DNA of 64,000 nucleotides. Source: a virus. Its lineage: Duplodnaviria; Caudoviricetes. The stretch spans positions 113 through 64,112 of the IMG/VR virus record IMGVR_UViG_2773858068_000002. One strand, 5' to 3'. Positions 17,920 to 26,861 of this stretch are shown here, piece by piece; position 1 is the first letter of the stretch, and the number at the start of each line of letters is the position of its first letter. Below the pieces are notes generated by a model that saw nothing but the letters and a program-made list of their open reading frames with translations, had not been told where the DNA came from and ran no database searches. Position numbers and translations under genes: made by a program.

Positions 17920-17953
17920 GTGCTTGTGCTTTGTCCTGCTGTTTGGTCGTCAT
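17747..17953 (-). CDS. Antisense moron, 68-aa hypothetical
   Basis: RBS GAGGGAG, own -10 TAGAAT at 17995-18000, protein-like composition. Confidence 0.65.
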   Translation of the reverse strand: MTTKQQDKAQALIDMWNQRPLEKRTRLDLFPFRLEVQEKRPSLLMGWPGPDDYQALASILLPYIHEPR

Positions 17954-18111
17954 GAACTCCCTCGGCGTGGTTTCGATGAGCTTGGTCGCCTTCGATTCTA
18001 CGGCCGCTGGGAGTTCTCGCTAGGCCGCAGCCCCCTGAACAAATTTCCATGCCCGCATTGTGCCCGCCGCGCCGGACTGGGCCCAGCCGAGCAACGTCCG
18101 ATAGGTATCCA

Positions 18112-18342
18112 ATGAGCAACCCCATCCTGCACACCCTCGAATCCCGTCCTGCTGAAACGTCCGCTGCCGGCAAATGCACCGAGCGCCTGGACATTCCCTG
18201 CACCAGCGACCTTTACGACGCGATCGCAGCGCTTGCCACGTTGAGCGGCAAAAGCAAGGCGGAATACGCGCGCGCCGTGCTGGAGCAGCACGCGTTCGGC
18301 GCCCTGGGTTACGTGCGCACGCGCGCCAATCCGGTGGGCTGA
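18112..18342 (+). CDS. Ribbon-helix-helix / CII-position regulator
   Basis: KCTERLDIPCTSDLYDAIAALATLSGKSKAEYARAVLEQH; RBS TAGGT. Confidence 0.7.
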   Translation: MSNPILHTLESRPAETSAAGKCTERLDIPCTSDLYDAIAALATLSGKSKAEYARAVLEQHAFGALGYVRTRANPVG

Positions 18343-18346
18343 CGTC

Positions 18347-20287
18347 ATGGCCGTATCCGATATCAACCACTTCCACCTGTTCTCGGGCGCCGGCGTCGGC
18401 GCCGCGGGCATGCAGGAAGCCCAGCCTGAAATCCCGGGCCTGCGCGGGCGCATGGTCTGCCTGGGCGGGATTGACGTTGACGCGGCCGGCGCCGCGGACT
18501 TCCTCCAGTTCACGGGCGTGCGCTGCACGGTGCGCGACCTGTTCAGCCGCCAGCAGTACACCGCATTCCACGGCCGCGACCCCGCGGACGGCTGGGCCGA
18601 GGCCATGCCCGCTGACATCCAGGCAGCTGCCGGCGGCCGTCGGCCGAACATCATGTTCCTGTCGGCGCCGTGCAAAGGCTTCTCCGGCCTGCTGTCGCAC
18701 TCGCGCAGCCTGACCGCGAAGTATCAGGCGTTGAACGAGCTGACGTTGCGCGGCGTCTGGCTGGCCTTGGAGGCCTGGAAGGATGACCCCGTTGAGGTGA
18801 TCCTGTTCGAGAACGTGCCGCGCATCGCGTCGCGCGGCCGCCACTTCCTGGACCAGATCGTCCAGCTGCTGCGCCACTACGGCTACGTCGTGCGCGAAAC
18901 CGCCCACGATTGCGGCGAGCTGGGCGGCCTGGCCCAGAGCCGCAAGCGCTTCCTGCTGATCGCGCGGCACGCCGAGAAGGTGCCGGCCTTCATCTACGAA
19001 CCGCCGAAACGTCCGCTGCGCGCCGTCGGCGAGATCCTGGGGCGCATGCACCTGCCTGGCGACCTGCGCGCCGGGCCCATGCACCGGATTCCGAACCTGA
19101 GCTGGAAAACCTGGGTGCGGCTGGCTTTCGTTGAGGCCGGCAGCGATTGGCGCAGCCTGAACCGCCTGGCGGTGCAGGACGGCTACCTGCGGGACTTCCT
19201 GCTGGTGCCGGAAATGCATGCCGGCGTGATGGGCGTGCGCAACTGGTCGGATCCCTGCGGCACGGTTACGGGCAACGCCCGGCCGGTTACTGGAGCCTTT
19301 TCGGTCGCGGACCCGCGCTTCGACCCGTCCGCCGCGTGGAAGGATGGCCAGGCCTACGGCGTGCGCCGCTGGGACGCCTCGACCGGTACGGTGGCCGGTC
19401 AGCAGGGCGCGGGGCAAGGCGCGTACAGCGTGGCGGATCCGCGCCACCACGGCCCGGCCAAGCACAGCAACGAATTCCGCATCGTGCGCTACGACGCCGC
19501 GGCGCGCGCCGTCACGGGCGCCCATGGAACCGGGCAATGCGTTGCCGACCCCCGGACGGGCTGGCCGGACTCGGCCCACGGCAACAAGCTGGCCGTCACT
19601 GCGTACGAGGATCCCGCCAAGACCATCACTGGCGCGCGCTTCGGCAGCGGCGGGCTAAGTGTGGCAGATCCCCGCGGCGGTCCGGACGCGAGCAAGTTGC
19701 ACGGAAAATTCCACACGGCGGCATGGGATGAGCATTCTCACGCCGTGATCGCCGGCTACGCCAACGGCGCCTTTGCTGTGGCGGATCCCCGCCCGGGCCT
19801 GGCCCGCGAGCGCGGCGACCACTACCTGACGGCCGGCCACTATGGCGTGGCGACCTGGGACCAGCACGTCGGCGCCGTTTCGGCTTCGGCGTGCCACGAC
19901 AACGGCGCCTGGTCGGTGGCCGATCCGCGCGCGCTGCCGGCGGCCAACGACAAGCTGGTCTGCCGCATCATCGCGGAGGACGGCAGCTGGCACCGGCCTT
20001 TCACCACGCTGGAGCTGGCCGCCCTGCAGAGCCTGTACGACCCCGACGACTACGCCGAGGCCGAGGCACGCGGCAAACCGTTCCATATGGATGGCAACAG
20101 CGACAGCGCGCACCGCGAGCGCATCGGAAACGCCGTCCCGAAAAAGGCCGCCAAGGCGATGGCTGAGGAGATCGGCCGCGCCATCCTGCTGTCGCGCGCC
20201 GGCGAATCCTTCCAGCTTTCGTCCACCCCGATCTGGGTGCGGTCGCTGGCGATCGCTATCGCCGTGCGCGGCGGGGAGGGGGCATGA
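18347..20287 (+). CDS. DNA cytosine-C5 methyltransferase with six internal repeats
   Basis: Motif I FSGAG, IV APCKGFS, VI ENV, VIII QSRKR, IX RPFTTLE, X IGNAVP; six VADPR repeats. Confidence 0.9.
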   Translation: MAVSDINHFHLFSGAGVGAAGMQEAQPEIPGLRGRMVCLGGIDVDAAGAADFLQFTGVRCTVRDLFSRQQYTAFHGRDPADGWAEAMPADIQAAAGGRRPNIMFLSAPCKGFSGLLSHSRSLTAKYQALNELTLRGVWLALEAWKDDPVEVILFENVPRIASRGRHFLDQIVQLLRHYGYVVRETAHDCGELGGLAQSRKRFLLIARHAEKVPAFIYEPPKRPLRAVGEILGRMHLPGDLRAGPMHRIPNLSWKTWVRLAFVEAGSDWRSLNRLAVQDGYLRDFLLVPEMHAGVMGVRNWSDPCGTVTGNARPVTGAFSVADPRFDPSAAWKDGQAYGVRRWDASTGTVAGQQGAGQGAYSVADPRHHGPAKHSNEFRIVRYDAAARAVTGAHGTGQCVADPRTGWPDSAHGNKLAVTAYEDPAKTITGARFGSGGLSVADPRGGPDASKLHGKFHTAAWDEHSHAVIAGYANGAFAVADPRPGLARERGDHYLTAGHYGVATWDQHVGAVSASACHDNGAWSVADPRALPAANDKLVCRIIAEDGSWHRPFTTLELAALQSLYDPDDYAEAEARGKPFHMDGNSDSAHRERIGNAVPKKAAKAMAEEIGRAILLSRAGESFQLSSTPIWVRSLAIAIAVRGGEGA

Positions 20288-20304
20288 GTTCGACGCGGTG
20301 CAAC

Positions 20305-20571
20305 CTATCTCCGCTGAGTCCGCAGATGCGCGATCCAAACCTTTTTCAAGGCGCGTGCGGCGACCAGTGCATTGCGCTTTGTCGCATAGATCTGACCATC
20401 GCTGCGATGGTAGGTCGCCATCACGGGAGCGCCGCCGCGGTGCAAATGCTCACGGATACGCACTTTTGCTCGGTATTGGTTCGTCCCCAACTTCCAGTAT
20501 TGCGGATGGACATCAAAAGATCCGCCGGACACGAACAGGTATTGCTTAGTTGGAACGCCGGGAAGGGGCAC
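20305..20571 (-). CDS. Antisense moron, 88-aa basic hypothetical
   Basis: GTG start with RBS AAGGAG; AT-richer insert between early genes. Confidence 0.6.
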   Translation of the reverse strand: MPLPGVPTKQYLFVSGGSFDVHPQYWKLGTNQYRAKVRIREHLHRGGAPVMATYHRSDGQIYATKRNALVAARALKKVWIAHLRTQRR

Positions 20572-20633
20572 GGAAAGGTCTCCTTACATTTATTGGGCTT
20601 GGATGATAGCCGAATCGCAATGCGGAGGTCGCG

Positions 20634-21518
20634 ATGAAGTTCTCGCATAATGCCCTCGCCGACGATCTGGCCGGCCACCTGCGCGAGCGCACGGGCCGCG
20701 TCGTCTGGACGGACATGCAGTTGGGCCCTACGGGCTCGCCGCGCCCTGACGTATACACGCTGGAACCGTCCTTTGCGAAATTCTGCCCGATGGCCTACGA
20801 GGTCAAGGTGTCGGTCAGCGATTACCGCCGCGACGTGACCGCGGGAAAATGGCAGACCTACCTGCCGTTCGCCGCGGGCGTCACCTTCGCCGTGCCGGCC
20901 GGCCTGATCGACAAGGCCGTGTTGCCCGAGGGCTGCGGCCTGATGGTGCGGGGCCTGGAGGGATGGCGCACCGTGAAGGCGCCGACCCTGCGCGCCATCC
21001 AGACGTTGCCACACACGGCCTGGATCAAACTGATGATCGACGGGCTCGGCCGGGAGGCAGACCGCCGCGCAGAGGCTTCGGCGCCCGGCTTGCGCAACGA
21101 ATGGAGCCTGCGCCGCCAAGTGGGCCAGAAGCTGGGCGCCGAGGTCGAAGAGGTGCTGGCGGACCGTCACCAGGCCGAATCCGCGTTTCAGCGACGAACG
21201 GAGGACCTGCGCAAAGCCGAGCAGGGCCTGTCGGTGCGGCTTCAGGAGCTTGAGAAGCAATTGCGCGAGCGCGCTGACCAACAGGCCCAACTGATCGACG
21301 GCGTCCGCGCCAACCTGGCTGCCGCCTTGGGCCTGCCTGCGTCGGCTCAACTCTTCGCCATTCGCAGCGCCGCCGAAGACCAGGCCGCCCGCCTTGATCG
21401 TGATGTCGAGGTCCAGCGCTTGCGGGTAGCTCTGCATGTGGTGGAGCGGGCCCTGCAGGACGCCCTGCGGCCGCCGCACATCGCGCTGGGGGCAAGGGAG
21501 GCTGCACATGACACCTAA
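20634..21518 (+). CDS. MmcB-like PD-(D/E)XK putative endonuclease with coiled-coil tail
   Basis: RPDVY...AYEVKVSVSDYRRD...KWQTY...FAVPAGL...GCGL. Confidence 0.7.
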   Translation: MKFSHNALADDLAGHLRERTGRVVWTDMQLGPTGSPRPDVYTLEPSFAKFCPMAYEVKVSVSDYRRDVTAGKWQTYLPFAAGVTFAVPAGLIDKAVLPEGCGLMVRGLEGWRTVKAPTLRAIQTLPHTAWIKLMIDGLGREADRRAEASAPGLRNEWSLRRQVGQKLGAEVEEVLADRHQAESAFQRRTEDLRKAEQGLSVRLQELEKQLRERADQQAQLIDGVRANLAAALGLPASAQLFAIRSAAEDQAARLDRDVEVQRLRVALHVVERALQDALRPPHIALGAREAAHDT

Positions 21519-22356
21519 GCGTCCCTTGATCCGCTACCACGGCGGGAAATGGCGCCTGGCGCCGTGGATCCTTCAGCACTTGCCGCCCCACCGCTGCTAC
21601 GTCGAGCCCTTCGGCGGCGGCGCCAGCGTGTTGTTCCGCAAGCCGCGCGCTTACGCAGAGGTCTACAACGACTTGGATGGCGAGATCGTGAACCTGTTCC
21701 GGGTGGCGCGAGACGATGGCGAGCGCCTGGCCCGCGCGTGCGAGCTGACGCCTTTCGCCCGCGCCGAGTTCGACGACGCCTACAACCCCGCCGAAGAGCC
21801 GCTGGAGCAGGCCCGACGCACGGTGTTTCGCAGCTTCTCCGGCTTCGGATCGGCTGCCGTGACCGGTCAATCCAGCGGCTTCAGGGCCAACAGCAACCGG
21901 TCTGGCACCACGCCGGCGCATGACTGGATGAACTATCCGGACTGCCTACGCCAGCTGGTGCAACGCCTGCGCGGCGTTGTGATCGAGAACCGCGATGCGA
22001 TCGACTGCATGACGCGGCACGATGGTCCGGACACCTTGCACTACGTCGATCCCCCCTATGTGCATTCGACGCGGTCATTTCGCGCGCGAGCGCATTCCTA
22101 TCGCCATGAAATGACGGACCAGCAGCACGAAGAGCTGGCCGGCGCGCTGCGCCAACTGAAAGGCATGGTGGTGCTGAGCGGATACCGCTGCGACTTGTAC
22201 GACCGGCTTTATGCAGGCTGGACGCGGGTGGATGGCCGCGCGCACGCCGATGGCGCACGTCCCCGCGTCGAGTCGCTGTGGCTTTCGCCGTCGGCACGCG
22301 GCCAGGGCCTGCTGCTATCGGGCCAGGCGGATATTGGTATGGAGAAAATCTTATGA
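21508..22356 (+). CDS. DNA adenine methyltransferase (D12/Dam class)
   Basis: RYHGGKW, YVEPFGGGASV, VYNDLD, LHYVDPPY. Confidence 0.92.
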   Translation: MTPKRPLIRYHGGKWRLAPWILQHLPPHRCYVEPFGGGASVLFRKPRAYAEVYNDLDGEIVNLFRVARDDGERLARACELTPFARAEFDDAYNPAEEPLEQARRTVFRSFSGFGSAAVTGQSSGFRANSNRSGTTPAHDWMNYPDCLRQLVQRLRGVVIENRDAIDCMTRHDGPDTLHYVDPPYVHSTRSFRARAHSYRHEMTDQQHEELAGALRQLKGMVVLSGYRCDLYDRLYAGWTRVDGRAHADGARPRVESLWLSPSARGQGLLLSGQADIGMEKIL

Positions 22357-22928
22357 GCCGTCGATACGGACGAAATCAGCGGCGCCGCGCCCGCGAGCGC
22401 ATCGCCGAGATGGAGCAGCAGGGCGCCAACTTGAACCAGGCGCTTGCCATGGGTCGCGCCCTCATGGCGAAGATGAGCGAGCGCAACCGCGCCCTGGCGG
22501 AGATCATCGACCTGGTACGGGAGGAACTGCCCAATCATCCGCTGTTGCCGGTGGATGAGCGGCAGAAATTCGACCTTTCCGATATGAAATGGGAGCTGTC
22601 GCGCGGGCATTCCGCGCGCGTCCAGGTGGCCTCGCCCCTGCCGCCCTTTATCACCTCGGAACCGGCAGTTTCGATGGACGCGATGTGTCTGCATACCGAG
22701 ATTGTCGCGCTGCTGGCGGAAACGGAATTCTCCGCGATGCGTGAGCAGGTACACCTGCGGGCCCGGCTGGGCCCGGAGGTATCTGTCTATGGCATTTCGA
22801 CCCGCGCGCTGGCAACGATGGATCCGGCCCGCCTGGAACAGACCTTGACGCGAGAGATTGCGCCCGCCTTGGCGCGATCCCTGGTTGCCGCGTGGCAAGG
22901 CCTGGGCCTGCAGCGCAGGCGAGGGTAG
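22353..22928 (+). CDS. Hypothetical phage protein
   Basis: MSRRYGRNQRRRARERI...; ATGA coupling to the MTase. Confidence 0.75.
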   Translation: MSRRYGRNQRRRARERIAEMEQQGANLNQALAMGRALMAKMSERNRALAEIIDLVREELPNHPLLPVDERQKFDLSDMKWELSRGHSARVQVASPLPPFITSEPAVSMDAMCLHTEIVALLAETEFSAMREQVHLRARLGPEVSVYGISTRALATMDPARLEQTLTREIAPALARSLVAAWQGLGLQRRRG

Positions 22929-22940
22929 GAGGGGCACGAT

Positions 22941-24023
22941 ATGCGCGAATACGCAAAGGTCGGTCCGCAGTTCTGGAGCGGGCGAACAGGTCGGGCCCTG
23001 AAGGGCAAGGGGGCCGAAGCCGTCATCGTGGCCATGTACCTGATGACCTGCCAGCACGCCAATATGCTCGGCCTGTACCACCTCAATCCGGCCTACATCA
23101 CCGCCGATACGGGCCTCCCCTTGGAAGGGGCTTTGAAGGGGCTTCGAAGCGCCTGCGAAGCGGGGTTTTGCCGGTTTGACGAGGACAGCATGGTGGTGTG
23201 GGTCATCGAGATGGCCCGCTACCAGGTCGCCGCCCAACTGGAGGCCAAGGACAACCGCTGCAAGGGGATCCAGCGGGAGTACGACGGACTGCCCGAAAAC
23301 CCTTATCTGGAGCCGTTCTACGAGAAATACGGGGCTGCTTTTCACATGACTTCCATGCGGTCCAGCGACCGCCCCGAGGTAAGCCCCTTTGAAGCCCCTT
23401 GCAAGCCCCTCCGAAGCCAAGAGCAGGAGCAAGAACAAGAACAAGAGCAAGAACATATAAAACATCCTTCTGCTGCGGCGGCATCTCTCGCGGGCTCGCA
23501 CGTACGCGAGGGCGACGACGCGCCGCCGACGCTTGACGCGGAAAAATCGCCGGAGGAGAAGGCACTGGCCGTGGCCGTCTGGCTGCGCCGTCGCGAGAAG
23601 GATCGCGGCAAGCAGCCCAAGGGCACGCAGAGCAACGACCCGCGCATCGTCGCCTGGATCGCTGCCGGCGTGACGGGCGAGGGCCTGGCCGAGGCCTACG
23701 CGCTGGCGGTCGCTGATCGCGAGGACAAGGCCGACCCCAGCCCGATCACGGCTGGTTTCCTGGACGTCTTCGTCGCCAAGGTGCTGAACCCGCCGGCGGC
23801 CCAGAGCGCGGTCAACGGCAAACGCCCGGCTGCGGCGCAGGCCGCAGATCCCCACGCCTGGATCACCAGCGCCAGCGGCATCACGGAGCAGGGCGCCAAG
23901 CTTGGCATCGCCCAGGGCGAAACCGAAGAATTCTGGCGCTTCAAGGCCAGAGTGATCGACGCTGCCGGGCTCTCCGACCACGACAAGGCGCGGCTGCGCG
24001 CGGACTACGGGGTGAACCTGTGA
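22941..24023 (+). CDS. Phage replication initiator (lambda O-like)
   Basis: MREYAKVGPQFWSG...YLMTCQHANMLGLY; PFEAPCKPLRSQEQEQEQE linker coinciding with iterons. Confidence 0.85.
   Translation: MREYAKVGPQFWSGRTGRALKGKGAEAVIVAMYLMTCQHANMLGLYHLNPAYITADTGLPLEGALKGLRSACEAGFCRFDEDSMVVWVIEMARYQVAAQLEAKDNRCKGIQREYDGLPENPYLEPFYEKYGAAFHMTSMRSSDRPEVSPFEAPCKPLRSQEQEQEQEQEQEHIKHPSAAAASLAGSHVREGDDAPPTLDAEKSPEEKALAVAVWLRRREKDRGKQPKGTQSNDPRIVAWIAAGVTGEGLAEAYALAVADREDKADPSPITAGFLDVFVAKVLNPPAAQSAVNGKRPAAAQAADPHAWITSASGITEQGAKLGIAQGETEEFWRFKARVIDAAGLSDHDKARLRADYGVNL
23125..23465. repeat. Probable replication origin: inverted clusters of 11-bp-periodic iterons plus an A-rich tract
   Basis: AAGGGGCTT at 23125 and 23136; its reverse complement AAGCCCCT(T/C) at 23381, 23392, 23403 (partial 23414); then (GAGCAA/GAACAA)n and CATATAAAAC. 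Confidence 0.75.
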
Positions 24024-24247
24024 CCGACACCGTCCAGTGCGTCTACTGCGAACGCTTCACCCTGCGGCACCCGCACACCGCCATGGCGGCTCAGGGCCTG
24101 GGCCGCTGCACCAGCATGACCGACCGGCCGGGCACCTTCGTCAGCCCGCTCTGGCGCCGCAACTGCGGCAATTTCCAACCTGCGCCGGCGGCCAAGGCCG
24201 AGGCGCGCATCGAATGGCTGCGCGACCTGCGCGGCGAGGGAGTTTGA
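24020..24247 (+). CDS. Small Cys-rich (Zn-binding) hypothetical protein
   Basis: CVYC...GRC...RNC; GTGA coupling to the initiator. Confidence 0.75.
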   Translation: MTDTVQCVYCERFTLRHPHTAMAAQGLGRCTSMTDRPGTFVSPLWRRNCGNFQPAPAAKAEARIEWLRDLRGEGV

Positions 24248-24774
24248 TGTCGAACCAGATCACGTTCCACGTACCGGGCCTGCCCAGGGGTAAGGGGCGC
24301 CCGCGGACCAGTGTGCGGGTTGGCCGTGACAAGGCCACCGGGGCGGTGCGGCTCTTCAGCAACCACCGCACGCCCGAGGAGACGGCAGCCTATGAAAGCC
24401 TGATCAAGCTGGCCGCCGCCAAGGCGATGGCGGGCCGCGTGCCTTATACCGGGCCGATACAGATGCACCTGCACATCGTGCTGCCGATCCCGCAGTCCTG
24501 GTCCGGCGTGCGCCAGCGCCGCGCCGCAGCTGGCCAGATTGTGCCCACCGTGAAGCCGGACAGCGACAACGTCGAGAAGGCCGTCAAGGACGGCTGCAAC
24601 GGCGTGGTCTACCGGGACGACGTCCAGGTCGTGCTGGACAGCAAGGCCAAGGTCTACGGCCCGGTGCCGGGCGTCACGGTGGTGATTACCTTCCGGGATG
24701 ACCTGGAGCCCGCTCAGGGCGTGAAGAGGGCTGCGCTGAACTCTAGCCTTCTTGGCGTGGAGGCGCAGGCATGA
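24247..24774 (+). CDS. rusA: RusA family Holliday junction resolvase
   Basis: VPGLPRGKGRPR...KPDSDNVEKAVKDGCNGVVYRDDVQV. Confidence 0.92.
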   Translation: MSNQITFHVPGLPRGKGRPRTSVRVGRDKATGAVRLFSNHRTPEETAAYESLIKLAAAKAMAGRVPYTGPIQMHLHIVLPIPQSWSGVRQRRAAAGQIVPTVKPDSDNVEKAVKDGCNGVVYRDDVQVVLDSKAKVYGPVPGVTVVITFRDDLEPAQGVKRAALNSSLLGVEAQA

Positions 24775-25346
24775 GCAACCGCGATCGCGACCTCGAAATC
24801 ACCCGCCGGCGCGAGGCCGGCGAATCGCCGACCGACCTGGCGCGCGCCTTCAACGTCTCCCCGGAACGCGTGTGGCAGATCGTCACGGCCACCCGGCGGC
24901 GCCTGCGCGGTGAACCGCCGAAGCGACGCAAGAGGGATCAGGCCAGGGATTCCACGACGGTCCGGCCTCGCCTGCGCCCGATCGATGGGCGAATGGACGG
25001 CTGGTGGAGCTGCGCGTGCGACGTCCTGGCACGGCAGGGCGCCACGCCGAAGGAGGCCTACGACCTGTGGCTGCACGCGGCAACCCTGGCGGCGATGCCG
25101 ACGGGCAGCGATGTGGCCGAGGGCCCGAAGGCGCCGGCTGCCGTCGAAGCGAGCCAGGGCCCGGCCATCACGCCCATGCATGAAAGCCAGGTGCAGGTTG
25201 TGCGTGGCGCCGCCCCGCGCCAGCCGCTTCAATTCGCCTCGTCGTTGGGCCTGAACGCCGAGCGCATCGCCGCGGCACAGCCGCGCATGCAGTCCCTGCA
25301 CGGCGCCCGCCGTGCGGCCAACGGTGGATTCCATGACCAGGAATAA
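24771..25346 (+). CDS. HTH DNA-binding protein
   Basis: RDLEITRRREAGESPTDLARAFNVSPERVWQIV. Confidence 0.7.
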   Translation: MSNRDRDLEITRRREAGESPTDLARAFNVSPERVWQIVTATRRRLRGEPPKRRKRDQARDSTTVRPRLRPIDGRMDGWWSCACDVLARQGATPKEAYDLWLHAATLAAMPTGSDVAEGPKAPAAVEASQGPAITPMHESQVQVVRGAAPRQPLQFASSLGLNAERIAAAQPRMQSLHGARRAANGGFHDQE

Positions 25347-25401
25347 ACACGCCGCCGGTGCGCCCGGCGCACAGAATTTTCACGATAGCCAGGAGCGCAC
25401 A

Positions 25402-26031
25402 GTGTCCGAACCGCTTTTCAAGGGAGCCCACCAGGCGCTCACCTACGCTTTCAACTACTCCAACGGCACCCTGGATAGGCCTGCCATGGTGAAGATGGCC
25501 GATCGCACGCCGCGCACCGGTCGCGGCTTGGCTGGTGTCGATGGCGCGGCACAGGCCGGCTTCATCTTGCGCGAGCTGCAGGCGCTGACTCCACTGCACC
25601 AGCGGATTCTCGAAGCGCGTTTTCTGCCGCAGACCACGCCTTGCCCGTGCTGCCGCAGCTCCGTCTGGGATCAGGAATGGTTCGCCGCAGTGCGTGCCGT
25701 GTCCGATGGCGCCATGGGCAGCGGTGTGCTTTCTGGTCATGTCGTCAATCGCGCCGTTCGCGACGGCATCGTCGCCCGATACTTCGCCGAGAAGGCGAAC
25801 CGCAGCCGCGTGCTGCTGAAAGACCTGGCCATTCACGCCGGCGTCAGCGACGGCACCGTCACCGACCAGAACGGAAAAATCACGATCTGGCTGCGTGGCG
25901 CGCGAATCGTGCGCAAGGGCTCCGGCGTCGCAGAAGACGGGAAGAAAGGAGAGGAGGCCCGCGCCATGGAGCTGATCGAATCGGTGCTGCGTGGCGCTGG
26001 GATTGTGGGGGAGTTGGAGGCAGCTGCTTGA
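25402..26031 (+). CDS. Late regulator, Q-like antiterminator by position
   Basis: GTG start with AGGAG; LFKGAHQALTYAFNY...CPCC...C-terminal HTH; last early gene, followed by a promoter and terminator. Confidence 0.65.
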   Translation: MSEPLFKGAHQALTYAFNYSNGTLDRPAMVKMADRTPRTGRGLAGVDGAAQAGFILRELQALTPLHQRILEARFLPQTTPCPCCRSSVWDQEWFAAVRAVSDGAMGSGVLSGHVVNRAVRDGIVARYFAEKANRSRVLLKDLAIHAGVSDGTVTDQNGKITIWLRGARIVRKGSGVAEDGKKGEEARAMELIESVLRGAGIVGELEAAA

Positions 26032-26056
26032 CTTCTGAGAATTGAACCCGCAAAAT
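26028..26056 (+). promoter_or_regulatory. PR'-like late promoter
   Basis: TTGACT-N17-CAAAAT overlapping the stop of the Q-like gene. Confidence 0.65.
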
Positions 26057-26093
26057 CGGCCCTATTCTGTCACTGGTCATCAGTGCGTCTAAG

Positions 26094-26124
26094 AACCCCG
26101 CCGGGTAACCGAGCGGGGTTTTTT
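26094..26124 (+). terminator. tR'-like intrinsic terminator
   Basis: AACCCCGC-N11-GCGGGGTT followed by a T run. Confidence 0.8.
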
Positions 26125-26861
26125 CATGCCGGTAGCAACTGGCGGACGAAGGGGAACGAGTAGTAGATGCTTGTCGCGATGCGCCAGAGGCAGACGATAA
26201 ATGCCCCGGTCGCCAAGATCCACGGTATCGTCAATTCAAGCAAATTCCAGGACGGCTGATACGCATGTTTCCAGGCGTCGAAGTGCAATCGAAGATAAAC
26301 CAGCCGGTTTATGGTGACCTCAGCATCTTCCTCCGCCCCAACGGGCTGATACCCTACTGAAACCATCCCTCCACCTTCCATCTTCTCCCTGATTAACTGA
26401 TTCCACCTGGTGGGAAATTTGCCGGAGCGCCCATTCCATAGGCAATCACCGGTTTGAAGCAATGTCATGCCGTTGCCTGGGGGCCTAGCCGGAAAGCGAA
26501 ATGCCATTTGAGGGCCGTTCGACCTGGGTGTGCCATCTTCCGTGCTGAGGGCGAGTAGCTGCTTGAACAGTCCCTCGCGGCTGGTGCGGTATTGGGACTT
26601 CCGACGAGATTTCCATGCTTGCAGCTTTTCGACGCTTCGCGCGGTTTTGAGGTCGACCGGAGCGAAGTGATAGCGAAGAGCAAAGTAAACCAGCACCAGT
26701 GAAACGCAGAGCCATGCTCGCCAAGGCTCTACAGCGGCCAAGTTCACGGCGCCGATCAATTTTCCGTCAAGTGGTATTCCCAATGCCCACACGGCCAGGA
26801 TGCCGGTTGCCACCATCATCAGGTTTCGTCGGGCCTTTTCGGCAACGTCGTCCAACTCCAT
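26124..26861 (-). CDS. Moron: membrane protein with 2 N-terminal and 1 C-terminal TM segments
   Basis: ATG 26861 with AAAGGAG; AT-richer; opposite strand between tR' and terS; TACAAT -10 upstream. Confidence 0.8.
   Translation of the reverse strand: MELDDVAEKARRNLMMVATGILAVWALGIPLDGKLIGAVNLAAVEPWRAWLCVSLVLVYFALRYHFAPVDLKTARSVEKLQAWKSRRKSQYRTSREGLFKQLLALSTEDGTPRSNGPQMAFRFPARPPGNGMTLLQTGDCLWNGRSGKFPTRWNQLIREKMEGGGMVSVGYQPVGAEEDAEVTINRLVYLRLHFDAWKHAYQPSWNLLELTIPWILATGAFIVCLWRIATSIYYSFPFVRQLLPA

Noticed and set aside
17759-18115. + strand 118-aa ORF ending in the start of the CII-position gene
   Set aside because: No RBS, largely antisense to the 68-aa moron and its promoter; treated as a chance ORF
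26044-26061. Possible CI operator at the late promoter (GAACCCGCAAAATCGGCC)
   Set aside because: Only the left arm resembles CAACCC; the right arm and spacing do not fit
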